A DNA stretch of 64,000 nt from Camelus dromedarius (GCF_036321535.1 NC_087437.1:80478001-80542000); one strand, 5' to 3'; counted from the first letter of the stretch, positions 1 through 14,247 are shown. Made by a program: numbers and translations. The notes: generated by a model not told the origin, from the letters alone.

Positions 1-3000
1 TTGTGTGTGGTACTCCATATTGGGAATGGCTTAAGAACCAAGAAGTTATGCTACTGTTGGTAAAGATCAGAGTCTACATACTTCATATACTGGAAGAGTC
101 AACTAAATGAAAGGAAAAGAGGGGCAAAGAGGGGGACTGAACAACTATTTGCAAAGGGCAGCAAATGCAATCAAGAAGTGATTGTTGTGAAATATGTGGC
201 ACTGATCTCAGCGTTTGCCCAAGGCGAAAGTTGCTGTGCTAGTGATTTTAGCCATGTCTGTCCCCCTTTGCTCCTATGAGAAAAGGGTAAAAGCTATGCT
301 GCGTAGGACAGTGGAACTACAATTAGTAGGTGACCGACCATCATGGGAAGCAGATTTCAGTTCTGTCAGTAGGATATCCTGAGAAGGTGATGAGATCCCC
401 ATGCTCTACAGATTCAGGGTAACTGCCACTTAGAGTTGTAGGGGGGATCAAGTTAGAGGTATTGGGTCTTTAAGATGCCTTTGGACCAGAGAGTCAATGA
501 TGGCAGCAACACAGATCATTGAAGTTTCTACCCCAAGTAATGAATAAATCTACCACATCTAAATCTTGCTTCCTCATTCTGATGTAGTCTTTTAAAACAA
601 AATAAGTTCACTGGCAAATTTTAAGGATCTGTTAAGTAGTCAGCACAGTAATAGGTTTTCTGAAGAAAAGAGAATATTGATTATGCAGAAAAACTAGATT
701 AGAGAGAGAGCTAAAGAATGGAGTTATCTAAGTAGGAGTAAAAGTAGGAAAAACAAATCAGGAAAAAATAGAAAGACCAGAAAGTGCTAGAACCCCCGGA
801 AATCTTTCTTCCTAATAATGACCATGGGGCCTCCTTAACTGTAAAGAACCAGACAGTCCCAGCGTTCTGCCTGGGTACTCCCTTGTTTGACTCATTTCAC
901 CCAAGGGTAGGGAGGGCAAAATAAGAGTGAGGTGTTTGTTGGGTTTCAGCCACATTTTTAAACTAACCCAGCTCACATTACATGTGGTTTTATAACCAGC
1001 TGCCTCTCCTTGGTGATTAATGGGGCTCCACTGAAACCTCCTGTTCTCTGCTCCTCCTCCCACCTGGGGCAAGAACCAATGATTCTCAGGCTAGAGCAGA
1101 GAGGCTGCTGTGAAGAAGGCTTATAAGTGATGAAAGATGACAGAGGAGTAAAGACCTGACGCCTTGCTCACAGTGCATCCCCTAAGTTCAGTTCTCCTGG
1201 GCCTGAGGAGCGGCACAATGCAAACACCCTTATCAAATCCCATGTGTTCTTGCTGGGCAACCAGGAAGTTGAAATCTTGCCCTCCTCACGTAGGCTGTGT
1301 GCCACAACCCATCCTCCACAGAGCCTCCAGGTCTTTCTAAACTACAATCTGATCCTAGTTCTTCCTTGATTGAGTTATTTCAGGGTGGGGTGGGGCTCTC
1401 TCTCCTCCATACCAACTCCTTTGAATAGAATTCAAGGCCCTCCAAGATCCAGCCTTTGCCTCATTCTCCAATCTCATTTCCCACAATTCCAGGTCTCAAG
1501 CTCTTACAAATAGGTCAATGCAGAATTCTGTGTTATATCTCTGCCTTTTGTGTGTATCCTTCTCTCTTTCCAATGTTTGACCACCTGATGAACCCCTACT
1601 ATCTGAAGGCGTGGTCAGTCCTGGGTTTTTCCTGAGTTAGAGCCATGCCCTAGTTCCCCTGGGGGCAGAACGTGAATGAAGCAGGCTCTTGCTCATTTTG
1701 ATGATGTCTTGCAAACAACTCACCTAGGCTCCCCCAGATCTCACTTTTTGTGGGGAATTAACAAAGCTACACGTCTTTCCAAACCATTGTGGTTGGCCTT
1801 CTTTTGCCACAAAAGAAGATGATGAAGGAAGGAAGACACAGGCAGTGCTTTTCCTTAGAGCCCCTGAGGGGAAAGTAAAGACCAACTTCTAGGTAGCAAA
1901 GGCCCACACTTGCAGAGCACGGTGCGTGGACCTGTGAGAGTCCTAGGCCTAGATTGCCCCTCCTCTTATTCTTTCACCCCACTTCTCTTTATCTCACCGC
2001 CACCATTTCTGCCAAGTTTAGTGTTTCATGGTCACTGGACCTGGATTAAAGATTTGGCAGAAAATAATCAAGTTAGCTTGAATTTTCATTTCTTCAAATA
2101 TTTTCATTCAAGTCACATTTTTTAATATACTGGAGGAAATATGTGGCTTAATCTGGCAGACATTTCTGATACATTTTCTTTTAGGTAATATATAAGCTAT
2201 ACCAATCCCGTCACCAGTTATCTGATGATTCTTTATCTTCCTGGAGCGCATCAAATTTGATTCTTGAAAGTATATTATTACATTTGCTCCTTGCATCAGT
2301 CCAAAAGCATAGCCACAAATCCTGTCTACTCTGTCCCCTAAATATCTCTCAGACCTGGCCTACCCTCCCTCCCCATTCTGCCTCTGACTTAGTTCAGGAA
2401 TGCGTCAATTCTCACCTGAACTTTTATGTTAGCATCCTAACCAGATAGACAGCTTACATTCTATTTTTCTTTTTCCTTCTTCTCCACCACTCCCCTCCAA
2501 AGTCCATTTTTCACTGCTCCAAGGCCTTTCTAAATTTCAACCCAATCCTATTACCCCAGTAATTTAATTACTTTAGGGGTTCCCCTTCAACTACACAATG
2601 TCCAAACTCCTTAGCATAGTACACAACACTCTCCAAAATCTGTCCCCCTCCCTCCTAATCTCCATTTTTTTACCAAATCTCAAATTTTTGCAGTTGACCA
2701 AAGGTAGCATATCCTCTTATATATTGATGACTTTATATATTTTTTTCCCTCTCTGGAGTGCCATTTTGGTCTTTCTCTACTTGGTGACACCTACTTGTCC
2801 TTTGAGAAACAGACCTAGTGTCTTCTGTTCTATGGAGCCGTCCCCCACCGCCCAAAGGTAGAATTTATTACTCTCTCCTCTGGGTCACAACTTTTAACCC
2901 CGTACTTATTTCTGCAATAGCCCTTGTTGCACTGTTTTACAATAACTCCACTATGTCACGGGCTCCCCTAGCAAGCTCTGAACCCCAGAATAAGAAGAAA

Positions 3001-4296
3001 CTAACCACACTGATCTTTACATGCTCATTGCTTGCACAGTGCTTTGTTGTTTATCTATAGATCATTCTTAAGTAAGTGAATAAGCAAATGAATTGCAGGG
3101 GATGGGGAAGAAGAAAGAAAAATATAGGTCTCTTATTATTATTCCCATTTAATTGGAGAAGAAACTGGATTAGATGCTAAAAACTGAAGGCACTTCAACA
3201 AAAAGCTTGGAATCTAATAGCTATACCAAAAAATCAAGGGCAACGTGGAATTCTAGGGAAGCTCGGGGAGATTAATTTCCAATTGGGAAGACATGGCAAC
3301 TGTAATTATATAGATCCTTAAGGATGTGTAGGGATAAAGAGGGCCACATTCAAGCTTTTCTGGAATGAAAGGGTAATAAATACAAATCAGTGAGAATAAG
3401 GATGAAAGGCTGTTCCACAAGGAGTAACATGGGCCAAAGTGCAGAGCTGCTAAGCACTGAGGGAGGGTCCTGTAGTTCACATCATCAGAGGTCACGGCAG
3501 GATCAGGGCTGGTAAGTCTGAAAAGTTAGATGACGCTCAGGCAGGCAGGCAGGGTCTTGGCATTTTGACTCCGCAGAAGGCAGGCATGGGAACAGAAAAT
3601 CACTGTCCTTTTTAAATGCTCTTATAAAACAAGTAACAAGAAACAAGAAGTGGGATCTCCTCAGGCAGGACTGCTCATATTCCTGGCCCATGTTTTACCA
3701 CATTTTATGTTACTCAGTTTCATCATCTATCTCACTTGTTTCCAAATGGCTTTCAGCCTTACCAAAAATCAACCCACTTTACGGAGCAAAACTTAACACC
3801 CTGGATGATATTTTTTAAAAAAAATGTTCAAAAAAGTGAAATCCCAAAAATCTTGAACATGGCAATAATGTAGAAACCTGCTTTCATTTTGAAGGAAACA
3901 GGCTGCATCTGGATATTATAAATACTATCCAGGTATGTTTGCCGAAAAAACAGTCATATTGCTTTGGTGTCAATGATGGGTATATATAAAGTGTGTATGA
4001 ATCTGTGTGGAAATACATATGTCAGATAGAAATAAGAGAATAAAAGAGTGAAAAAGCAACAGATTGAGTGCTAGAGCTTTCAGAGCCCTCGGGTGACAAC
4101 CAGATAGAAGTGTCTGCCATTCAGTCACCAACCAAAACCAGAGTAATGAGTCAACTTGCAAAATAATCATGAAGCACGTGAAGCTCATGAAGCTTTTCCC
4201 TCATTACTGTCCAATTCTATTAATATAAAGGATGATTTTCTATTGTAACAAATACTATGGGGAAGAAGTAAAAATTTTATAAATAAGATACCATAG

Positions 4297-4299
<3 letters not shown>

Positions 4300-4335
<36 letters not shown>
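4300..4335. repeat. (TTA)12 microsatellite
   Basis: Read directly from the sequence. Confidence 0.95.
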
Positions 4336-4337
<2 letters not shown>

Positions 4338-6452
4338 TGGACCTCTTCTGTGACAAAAAGAGAAAAATATTTATCAATCTTTCAGGAATGTTGTGGAATT
4401 TCAATCATTTATGTAGCTAAAACTCCGTCTTCATACGGTTCAGCCACAGTATTCAACGATCTCTTTTTAGCATTAAATAACTGCTGCATCGGCTGCATAA
4501 AACTATTGCTGATACTTTAAATAGCACTTTATTACACAGATCTGTCCCACAACCACAACAGGGAACTGGCAGAAGAGCCTTTGTTTTTTTCAACATTTTT
4601 TTTTGCTCACTAGTTGCTCAGCAAGATTATAGAACAGCCTTCAGGGAATCTCACTAGCAAGATTATAGACTCATTTGGATTGTAGACTCATAATTATTCA
4701 AATCATCTTTTGTTTTAGCAACTCCAGTGTTCTCTTTTTTGTACTAAATAATATATTTCCTTCTCCTTTTTTTTTTTTTTTTTTGGATACTCAGCAGTTT
4801 ATTAACTACTAAAACAATTTCCCTTTTCTGACCATCCTAACATAGACATACATAACAATACAAGAGACTCCATAAAGTCCTGTCCTAATTAAAACAATGC
4901 CCAGAATCAAGAGTTTTAGAGGGCAGATCACCTGTCAATACAGGCTTTTTCTCTGCAAAGGAGGCCATGTTGTACAACAGATAAAGCAGAGGATTAATAG
5001 AAGATCAGACGAACCACGTCATGGTCTGGAATTATTTGCTCTGCCACCTCTCCCAACCTCAATGTCTTCAGTCTCAGACTGAGATGACCTGCCACAGGGT
5101 TATTAGGTAAACCAAACCATGCCAATAAATTGGCTTATGAAGTAAAGAAGTTTGTATCAGTGCTACTGTCATCATTATGACAAGAAGTTACCAAGTCTAG
5201 GTACTGTACCCTCCCATGAACTGTACACAGGGCAGGAGGTTGGGGGTTGGAGAGAGCAAGGGAGACACTGGCCAAGTTGTAGAAAAGACTGGTACCAGAA
5301 AGGGAAGTGTGAAAGTTAGATTCAGGGAAAGAGGGCCAGGAACACAGTTATATTAACCCACCACAGATGGGTATGAAGGAAACAAAACAAGTAAAATGTA
5401 CTTCCTAAAAATTAGTTTCCATAAAACATGAAGATTTTTGTCTGCATGTTTTAAATGAACATATTCTTTTGAAAGTGTTTGCCAGAGATCCAAGCATTGT
5501 CACTGGAGCTTGGCATTTTTAGGACAATGTGAAATAAGATAGTTGTTTGCCCACACATGCTTTTGCCAAAGTACAGTCAGACAGGACGCTATCTATGAAG
5601 AGACATGCCTCGAGTTGTTGGCTTTTAACAGATTTACCTTTACCTATTCCTCCAAATTAGATTCGTTTTTCTGTCTCAGTGTCCCCTGTTAAATCTAGTC
5701 TCATGTCTGTCCTACTTTGGAAGAGTGCAGTCAGTACTGGGAAGTAACTTTAATATTATCATTAAATGCTACTTGCCCTAACAAAAGTGTAGACTTTAGT
5801 GTCTCTATTGTATACCATCTATTTTACACAGGGATTATCATTCAGTCCATGTAAGTCACAGGTGATAACATTTCACAGGGAGAACACAAAGGCTTGACAG
5901 ATTGAATGACATACTCACAGTCAAACAGCCAGGAAATTCTCACTCTACTGTGAGTGGCTCCAATGCCATTGCTGTATGGCAGATGAGAGAGACTGTGCAG
6001 GACTTTTTCTTCCACCCAACTGATTCCTTGGCCAAAACCTGAGTAAACTTTCTGGGGTCGGTGATGGCAGGTGGTGGTTACCGCATTCTAGAGAGACAGG
6101 GCGGGTTAAAGGTCCTCACTCACCCTCTACATTTGAGCTTCAGTGACTTACTAGGGAAAGTAGCACTGGGTTATCCTGTTCTATCAAAATGAAGCCAGAC
6201 AACCACTTGAAAAAGAGGGATAAATCTGACTCCAGGGGGTTGAACCCAATACCTCTAAGGTTCATTCTTTCTTAAATTACATAAGTCCCTGATTTTAGTG
6301 CCCTTTTCTAATTTTCCAAATTTAAAGATAATTATGTCTCGTTATTTTAAGTACAGTTCAATATCTACTAATTCATTCAGTCCCAGAAATGAGAATATAA
6401 ATTAAAAATTGCTCAGCAGTTTTGTGAAATCCTTTCTTCAAAAAGAAACCAC

Positions 6453-6671
6453 ACCTAACAACTATACCTAAAATAGATTTAAAAAAGCAAATTTCTTCTG
6501 TATAACACAGGAAACTATATTCAATATCTTGTAGTAACCTATAATGAAAAAGAATATGAAAACGAGTATGTTTGTATATATGTATGACTGAAACATTGTG
6601 CTGTACACCAGAAATTGACACATCGTAACTGACTATACTTCCATTTTTTTTAATGTTCAAAAAATAAAAAT
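6453..6671 (+). mobile_element. Short L1 3' tail with TSD AAAAGAAACC
   Basis: Same 3' terminus as the other L1s in the window; TSD at 6441-6450 and 6672-6681. Confidence 0.85.
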
Positions 6672-7579
6672 AAAAGAAACCGCAGCAGTCCCCTGTCCTT
6701 TTAACAAGTGCCATTCGGGTTACTGAGACATGCTGAAGCATTTCTGCAGTCTGCCACAAAGTCTGGTATGCTGTCCCCAAGCCCTGGGTCTCCCAAGATC
6801 AAAATAACGCTAGAAAGCGGTTGCTTAAAAGGTCTCTATGAAAATTTCATGCTTCCCAAGCATATTACATAAGTTCTTTCCCATTCAGCGAAACTTAAGT
6901 GGAAGTCCTCAGCTACTACCGCACCCCACCTCTCCACTACACACCCCTAATACCAGAGCTTGTACAGCAGAAAGATGCCACACACGTTGCTACCAAACCT
7001 GCATCTTGGAGACCTGAGCCAAACCTGGAGAACTCCATCAAACTTTTGGAATTCGACTCATAACTGAAAGCAGGTTAAGGAACAACATGTCTACACCTCA
7101 TCTTTTACCTCTGCTCTGCCCCAGTTCCGTTTGTGCAACCGCCATGTCAAACATGTCCAAGCTTTAGGTTGGCACTATCCTTGTAACCAGGAGGTAAGTC
7201 ACAGCGGGAGGGTGCAATGACGTAAACGCAGTTCACTCCACAATGCATCACAGTGCGGTGGTGGCGTCACTGGCAGTCCACAAACTCCATTCAGAAGATG
7301 CTTGCCCCAGCAGGATTTAGGCGTGGGCTTTCCAGTTCACTCCTCATGCTTCTCCTCAGCCTGCATCCTTCTCAGGTGCCACCTTGGCTTTCTGCTCCTG
7401 GGTGTTTTCCACAGGATCAAAAGGATTTCCAGACATTGAAAATAGATGAGATTTGGAACTGAATGTCCTAGTTTGGGGAACCTGTTTTTATAAAGGTACA
7501 CTGGTCTGTCAACAAACTCGAAATGCCAAGGGCTCCTTTCAGAACATTGTCCTGTTCAGCTCTACCAATCCAAGAAAAG

Positions 7580-7750
7580 ACAGTTTTCCTTCGTGAGTTA
7601 GAATCATCCAGAGAGATTATTAAAAATATAGCTTCCAAGGGTCCATCCCAAGCCTATTGAATGAGAATCTCTAGGGTTAGAAACCAGGGATATCTGTTCT
7701 AACAAGCTGCCTTGTTAATCCTAGTGAAAATGCAAATGTGAGAAACAGTG
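7580..7750. mobile_element. MER5-like hAT MITE
   Basis: agaatcatccagagagattattaaaaatatag...tgagaaacagtg. Confidence 0.55.
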
Positions 7751-8669
7751 CTGGGGCCTAAGTTGGTAATACGAAACGATGGCACTCAATAACTTCTTTA
7801 CAACTTTAATTTTTCCTAGAATATACATTTGTCCTAAGAAATGACAATTTCCTTTCAAAAGAGCTCCAAGCTTACACTTGCAGGGATGCAACTGAAGAAG
7901 AGAGATGCCACCCAGATCCTAACCCTGGTCATAAGGAGAGGAAGATAAAGAATAGTTCTCCCTTTTCTCACCTGCCCTCACGCCTGGCCAAGAGCTGGCT
8001 GGTCACGAATGTGGGTGCTTCATTTAATAAGAAACATGTCTGTGTCAGTGTTTGTTTTTTCGCAATGAAATGACATGATTAGTTGGACAGAATATTTTTA
8101 GAGGATTTAATGGGTTCACTTTCACCAGGAAGGACTAAATCTCCGCTTCCATGGCAAATCTAGTAAAACCAAGCACCTTGGGACTAAGATCCCTGGGGTG
8201 GAAGTTCATAAAATTAATATGACACTGAACACAACACTGAGTAACAGTGTGACCTGTAGCAAGTTCAGACCGAGCTCAGTGATAGCTTTGACTTTACTCT
8301 GAGCCTCAATGGAGAGGAAGTTCAAAGCCAGTTAGCCACTAATGGAAAATTCATGTTCGCTTTCAACATCCTCTGTTTTTCCCTTTTTTACATCCACAGT
8401 TGCAATTTGAGTTTCTATACGCAAGCAGACAGCCATGGGTAAGCCCAGTTGAAATAATGCCAACTGACCAGGTCATGCAGAGATAGACGCATAGTGACTG
8501 ATGGAAGGCTGGAGAGAACTTCATGTGGCCACACAAATAGGATCACCTGCTTCTCATGAAGTGGGAGAGTACTTGTTCAAAAATTTTCCAAAACATCAAA
8601 AACTAGATAAATTTTAAATAGATTTATGAAAATTATTAAAGTGCAAATATAATAATACTGTACAAACTT

Positions 8670-9340
8670 TATTCATTGATGCATTCAGCAAATATGTATT
8701 GAGCACCTATTATCTGGCAGGCAAAGAGCTTTGTTTCTAGGAAGTGGGAGACAGATATGTGAGCATAGGTTTGCAATAGGCATCATGGGTGTTATGACAA
8801 GTGGATGGACAGGTAACTCTATGGACAAAAGAGGGAATAGTCAAGTGGTCTTTGGGAAGAAGGCAGAAGATAGCCTGTGTCAGGTCTTCAATAATGAGGA
8901 GGTGTTCACTGAAAAGAAGTGAGGAACAGCTTTCAGGCCAATGTGAACAAAAGCATAAAGACATAAAACCTATGGAACATTTGGAAAATGTCAAATAATG
9001 TGGAACAATTGGAGCATCATAGAGTACAAAGAACAAGACCCAGTAAGGATGATTCTGCAGAAATCAGCAGGGGACCCCATGAAGAGCCATGAATGATATG
9101 CTAAGATGCTGAGGCTCAGTAGGGCGCCAATGAAGAATCTTAAGTCATAGAATCTTAAAAAGTTCACTCTGGTGGATGTGTGGAGATTAAATACAAGCAA
9201 AGAAGTATTAGAGGCATGGTAACTAATATGGAGGCCATTGCAATGATCTGGAAAAGATCATGAAACCTGAATTAAGGCAAGGGTAGTGAAATAGAGATGC
9301 AAGCAGATGTTAGAAAGCAGAAATAACAGGCCATTGACAA
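8670..9340 (+). mobile_element. L2 fragment
   Basis: attcattgatgcattcagcaaatatgtattgagcacctattat terminus and typical L2 body. Confidence 0.65.
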
Positions 9341-9774
9341 AGAAAAAAAAATGTTGGCCTAGTGTCCCTCTTCTTATTCTTCCAAGTAGTCAGTTATTTG
9401 CTTAAATGATTCCATGCAGGGCATAAATGGGTAAGGCAAAGCCGTCTAAATGCAATTTCATTTCTCTGATTTTAGGAGTACCACTGAGCAGCAAGATAGC
9501 TGAAATTAGACAAGGCAGAATGGAAAAGAAACGAAGAGCCTAGGATAATGTAAAATAAGTAATTCTTGGTGGTTGCCAAAGGTTAAGAGTTGGGAGTAGA
9601 GTTTGACTACAAAAGGTAATCAAGAGGGAGTTTTGCGTGTGGAAATTGATGATGTTGTTCTATACCTTGACTGTGGTAGTAACATAATACTTAACTTTTG
9701 TAAAAACTCATAGATGTGTATATCAAAAAAATGAATTTTACTATACATAATTTTTTTTAATTTTACTATATGTA

Positions 9775-10080
9775 TTTTTTCTTTTTCAGTTTTAGTAGGT
9801 AGAATTATTATAGTTCGACTGCACATACACATTATATTGCATGTAAATACATGTATACAGTATACTGCACATTTTTTTAGTTTACCTATATGTACTGATC
9901 ATTGTTTCTAAGAACAGACTAGAACTTAGCTTTTTAAACTTACATAGTTATCAAAGGAATAAAGCCAACTACAAATAAGAATCAACAGGATGAGGTAATC
10001 CAATCATAAAGAAGAGTCAAATGTGCTTACACATATCCAAGAAATCAATCATCTTAGTTATAAATTGTAAGTAGTTCATT
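9775..10080 (-). pseudogene. Retrocopy A of an unidentified polyadenylated RNA 3' end
   Basis: T-tract at its left end; TGTATTTTTT direct repeats on both flanks; similar to 13162-13440 in reverse complement. Confidence 0.6.
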
Positions 10081-10714
10081 GTATTTTTTTTAATTGGTGG
10101 GAAAAGCAAAAAAAAATTGGACAATTCTCAGGAATAAATTAGTTTATAGCAGTGTGAAAAGGGAAACTTACTTACTCTTGGATATTTATTCATTAATTTA
10201 ACAATACTCCATGCCAGCAAGTGTGCTGTGTGTTGGATACATGGTGGGAAATAGGCCCCATGGAGCCTACAGTCCAGTGGAAAAGACATCCATTAAATAA
10301 ACATTTCTGTAAATCCAATTAGAATTGTGATAGGAAGAAATAAAAAAGAACTTAGTATGAAAGCATGTAACAAGCATCCCTGAAGTAGTGATATTGAATT
10401 TAAACACCAAAGGATAAGAGTAAGTTGACTGAAGGTGAAGAGGGGCAGTCAAGGGAAAGAACCACGTTTGGGAAGATCCTAAGTTAGGAGACCTCGCATA
10501 CCCATACACACTGCTGCATGCTCACATGTGCTCACAAACATCCTCAGAAACTCACCTACTCACTTACATATTAATATATTTTGTGTTTCTTGCTAAGATC
10601 CTTTATGCTATGTAAGATTTCTGTAACAGAAACTGACAAAGGCTTTTTATAGACCTTCCATATCTATCACTTACTAGATGTGTCACCTCAAGAAAGTTTT
10701 TTAAACAAACAAAA

Positions 10715-13700
10715 CATAAAGTTAGCAGAAATAATAGAGATCAGGAGAAATAAATAAAATTGAGATTGAAAAATAGAAAAAAATCAATCAAACCAAGAGC
10801 TGTTTTTTGAAAGAGTAAACAAAATTGACAAATAGTTGGCCAGGCTCACCAAGAAGAAAAGAGAGAGGACTCAAATAAACAAAATAAGAAATGAAAGAGG
10901 AGAAATTACAACAAATACCACAGAAATGCAAAGAACCACAAGAGAATACTATGAACAATTATACGTCAACAATTGGACAACAGAGAAGAAATGGACATAT
11001 AGTTACCAAACTGACTCAAGGAGAAGTAGATAATTTGAAGAGACTAATCACTAGAAGTGAAATAGAATCATTAATAAAAATAAATTAATTAATAAATAAA
11101 CTCCCTACCAACAAAAGTCCAGGACTGGGTGCCTTCACTAGGGAATTCTACCAAACATACAAAGAAGAAATTATACCAATCCTTCTGAAACTCTTCCAAA
11201 AGATTGAAGAGGAGGGAACACTCTCAAACTCATTCTATGAAGCCACCATCACCCTGATACCAAAACCAGAAAAAGACACTACAAAAAAGAAAATTATAGG
11301 CCAATATCTCTGATGAATATAGATGCAAAATTCCTCAACAAAATATTAGCAAACCGAATTAAGGACACATAAAAAAGATCATACACTACTATCAATTTGG
11401 ATTCATCCTAGGGACAAAAGAATGGTTCGACATATGCAAATCAATGTGATATACCACATACACAAAAGAAAGGACAAAAATTACATGATCATCTCAATAG
11501 ATGCAGAAAAAAGCATTTAATAAAATTCAACAACAATTCATGATATAAAAAACTCTTACCAAAATGAATATAGAGGAAACATCTCAACATAATATAAGCT
11601 ACTTAAGACAAACCCACAGCCAACATAATACTTAACAGTGAAAAGTTGAAAGTTTTCCTACTAAAACCTGAAATAAGACAAGGATGTTCACTCTCACCAC
11701 TTCTATTCAACATAGTATTGGAAGTCCTAGCTATAGCAATTAGACAAGAAAAATAAATAAAAGGGATCCAAATTGGAAGAGAAGAGGTAAAATTGTCACT
11801 ATATGTGGATGATGTGATACTGTATATAGAAAACCCTAAATACACCACACAAAAACTACTAGAGTTGATAACTGAATTCAGCAAGGTAGCAGGATACGTG
11901 ATTAACATACAGAAATCAGTTGTATTTCTTTACACTAACAATGAAATATCAGAAAAAGAGTTTTTTTTAAACAATCCCTTTTAAAATTGCATCAAAAAAA
12001 TAGAAATAAACCTAACAAAGGAGGTAAAAGACTTTAAAGTGGGGAACTATAAAACATTGAGTAAGGAAGTTAAAGGTGATTTAAAGAAAGGGAAAGATAT
12101 CTGATGCTCTTAGATTAGAAGTAATGTTAAAATGGACGTACTACCCAAAGCAATCTATAGATTTGATGTGTTCCTTATCAAATTACCCAGGATATTTTTC
12201 ACAGAACTAGGACAAATAATCCTAAAATTTATATGGAATCACAAAAGACATAAAATTGCCAGAGCAATACTGAAGAAAAAAGAATGAAATTGGAGAAATA
12301 ACCCTCCCAGACTTCAGACAAAACTACAGAGCTACAATAATCAAAACAGTATGGTATTGGCACAAAACCAGACATATGGATCAATGGAACAGAATAGAGA
12401 GCCCAGAAATAAACCCACACACCTAAGGTCAATTAATCTTCAACAAAGGAGGCAAAAGTATACAATGGAGAGAAGACAGGCTCTTCAACAAGTGGTGTTA
12501 GGAAAGCTGGACAGCCTCACGCAAATCAGTGAAATTAGAACACTCCCTCACAACATACACAAAAATAAACTCAAATGGCTCAAAGACATGATAAACCTCC
12601 TAGAAGAAAACATAAGCAAAACATTATCTGACATAAATTGTAGCACTGTTCTCCTAGGGCAGTCTACACAGGCAATAGACATAAAAGCAAAAATATACAA
12701 ACGGGATTTAATTAAACTTTTAAGCTTTTGCACAGCAAAGGAGCTATAAACAAAACAAAAAGACTACCTACAGAATGGGAGAAAATATTTACAAACAATG
12801 CAAATGACAAGGGCTTAATTTCCAAAATATACAAATAGCTCATACAACTCAGTAACAACAACAACAAAAAACAACCCAATGCAAAAATGGGCAGAAGATC
12901 TAAACAAACATGTTTCCAACAAAGACATACAAATGGCCAATAGGCACATGGAAAAATGCTAGATCTTGCTAATTATCAGAGAAATACAAGTCAAAATTAC
13001 AATAAGGTATCACCTCACACCAGGTAGAATGAGTGTCATTAAAAGGCCACAAACATAATCAAGAAATCAGTCATCTAAGTTATAAATAATATGTAGTTCA
13101 TTTGTGTCCTTATTTTTTTATTTTTTTAGATTCCACATATAAGTGATGTCACATGGCATTTTTCTTGATTATGTGTAAGCACATTTGATTGTCCTTTATA
13201 ATTGGATTACTGCATTCTGTTGATTATTATTTTTTGGTTGGCTTTATTCCTCTGATAATTATGTAAGTTTTAAAAGCTAAAGCTCTAATCTGTTCTTAGA
13301 AACAATGATCAGTACATACATGTAAACTAAAAAAAAATATGTGCAGCACGTTATATATATGTATTTACATGCAATACAATGTATATGTGGAGTCAAAGTG
13401 TACTAATTCTAGCTAATAAAACTGAAAAAGGAAAAAAAAGTCCACAAGCAATAAATGCTGGAGAGGGTGTGGAGAAAAGGGAACCCTCCTACACTGTTGG
13501 TAGGAACGTAGTTTGGTGCAGCCATTACGGAAGACAGTAAGGAGATTCCTTACAAAACTAAAAATAGATTTACCATGTGATCCAGCAATCCCACTCCTGA
13601 GCCTATGTTCAGAGGAAACTCTAAGTTGAAAAGATACACGCACCCCAATGTTCATAGCAGCACTATTTACTATAGCATGGACATGGAAGCAACCTAAATG

Positions 13701-14247
13701 TCTATCAACAGTGACTAGATAAAGAAGTTGCATATATATATATACACTCCTCAGTATACTGAATACTACTCAGCCATAAGAAAGAACAAAATAATGTTAC
13801 TTGCAGCAACATAGATGGACCTGGAGATTGTCATACTAAGTGAAGTAAGCCAGAAAGAGAAAGAAAAATACCATATGATATCACTTATATAAGGAATCTT
13901 AAAAAATGACACAAATGAACTAATTTACAAAACAGAAACAGACTCACAGACATAGAAAACAAACTTATGGTTACTGGGGGGAAAGAGAGTATTGGTGGAG
14001 GAATAAGGTGGGAGTTGGGGATTTGCAGATACTAACTACTATACATAAAATGGATAAACAACAACGTCCTACTGTGTGGCACAAGGAACTATATTCAATA
14101 CCTTATAATAGCCTATAATGGAAAAGAATATGAAAAGGAACATATGTATATGTATATGTATACATATAAAACTGAATCCCTATGCTGTACACCAGAAATT
14201 AACACAACATTGTAAACCGACTATACTTCCATTAAAAAAAAAAAAAG
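10715..14247 (+). mobile_element. 5'-truncated LINE-1 (degenerate ORF2 RT and C-terminus, 3'UTR, polyA), interrupted at 13057-13440
   Basis: ORF2 fragments [25 protein letters not shown] and [15 protein letters not shown] (RT YxDD motif); many frameshifts; A-tail at 14234-14247. Confidence 0.95.
13057..13440 (+). pseudogene. Retrocopy B of the same RNA, 5'-inverted and with L1 filler, nested in the L1
   Basis: Ends AATAAAactgaaaaaggaaaaaaaa; flanked by a degenerate TSD aaaaggccacaaaca / aaaagtccacaagca. Confidence 0.7.

Noticed and set aside
7140..7158. p53 response element (two CATG cores)
   Set aside because: The half-sites overlap by one base and only one matches RRRCWWGYYY.
10715..14247. 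Active L1 reverse transcriptase
   Set aside because: 5'-truncated, frameshifted and interrupted by a nested insertion.
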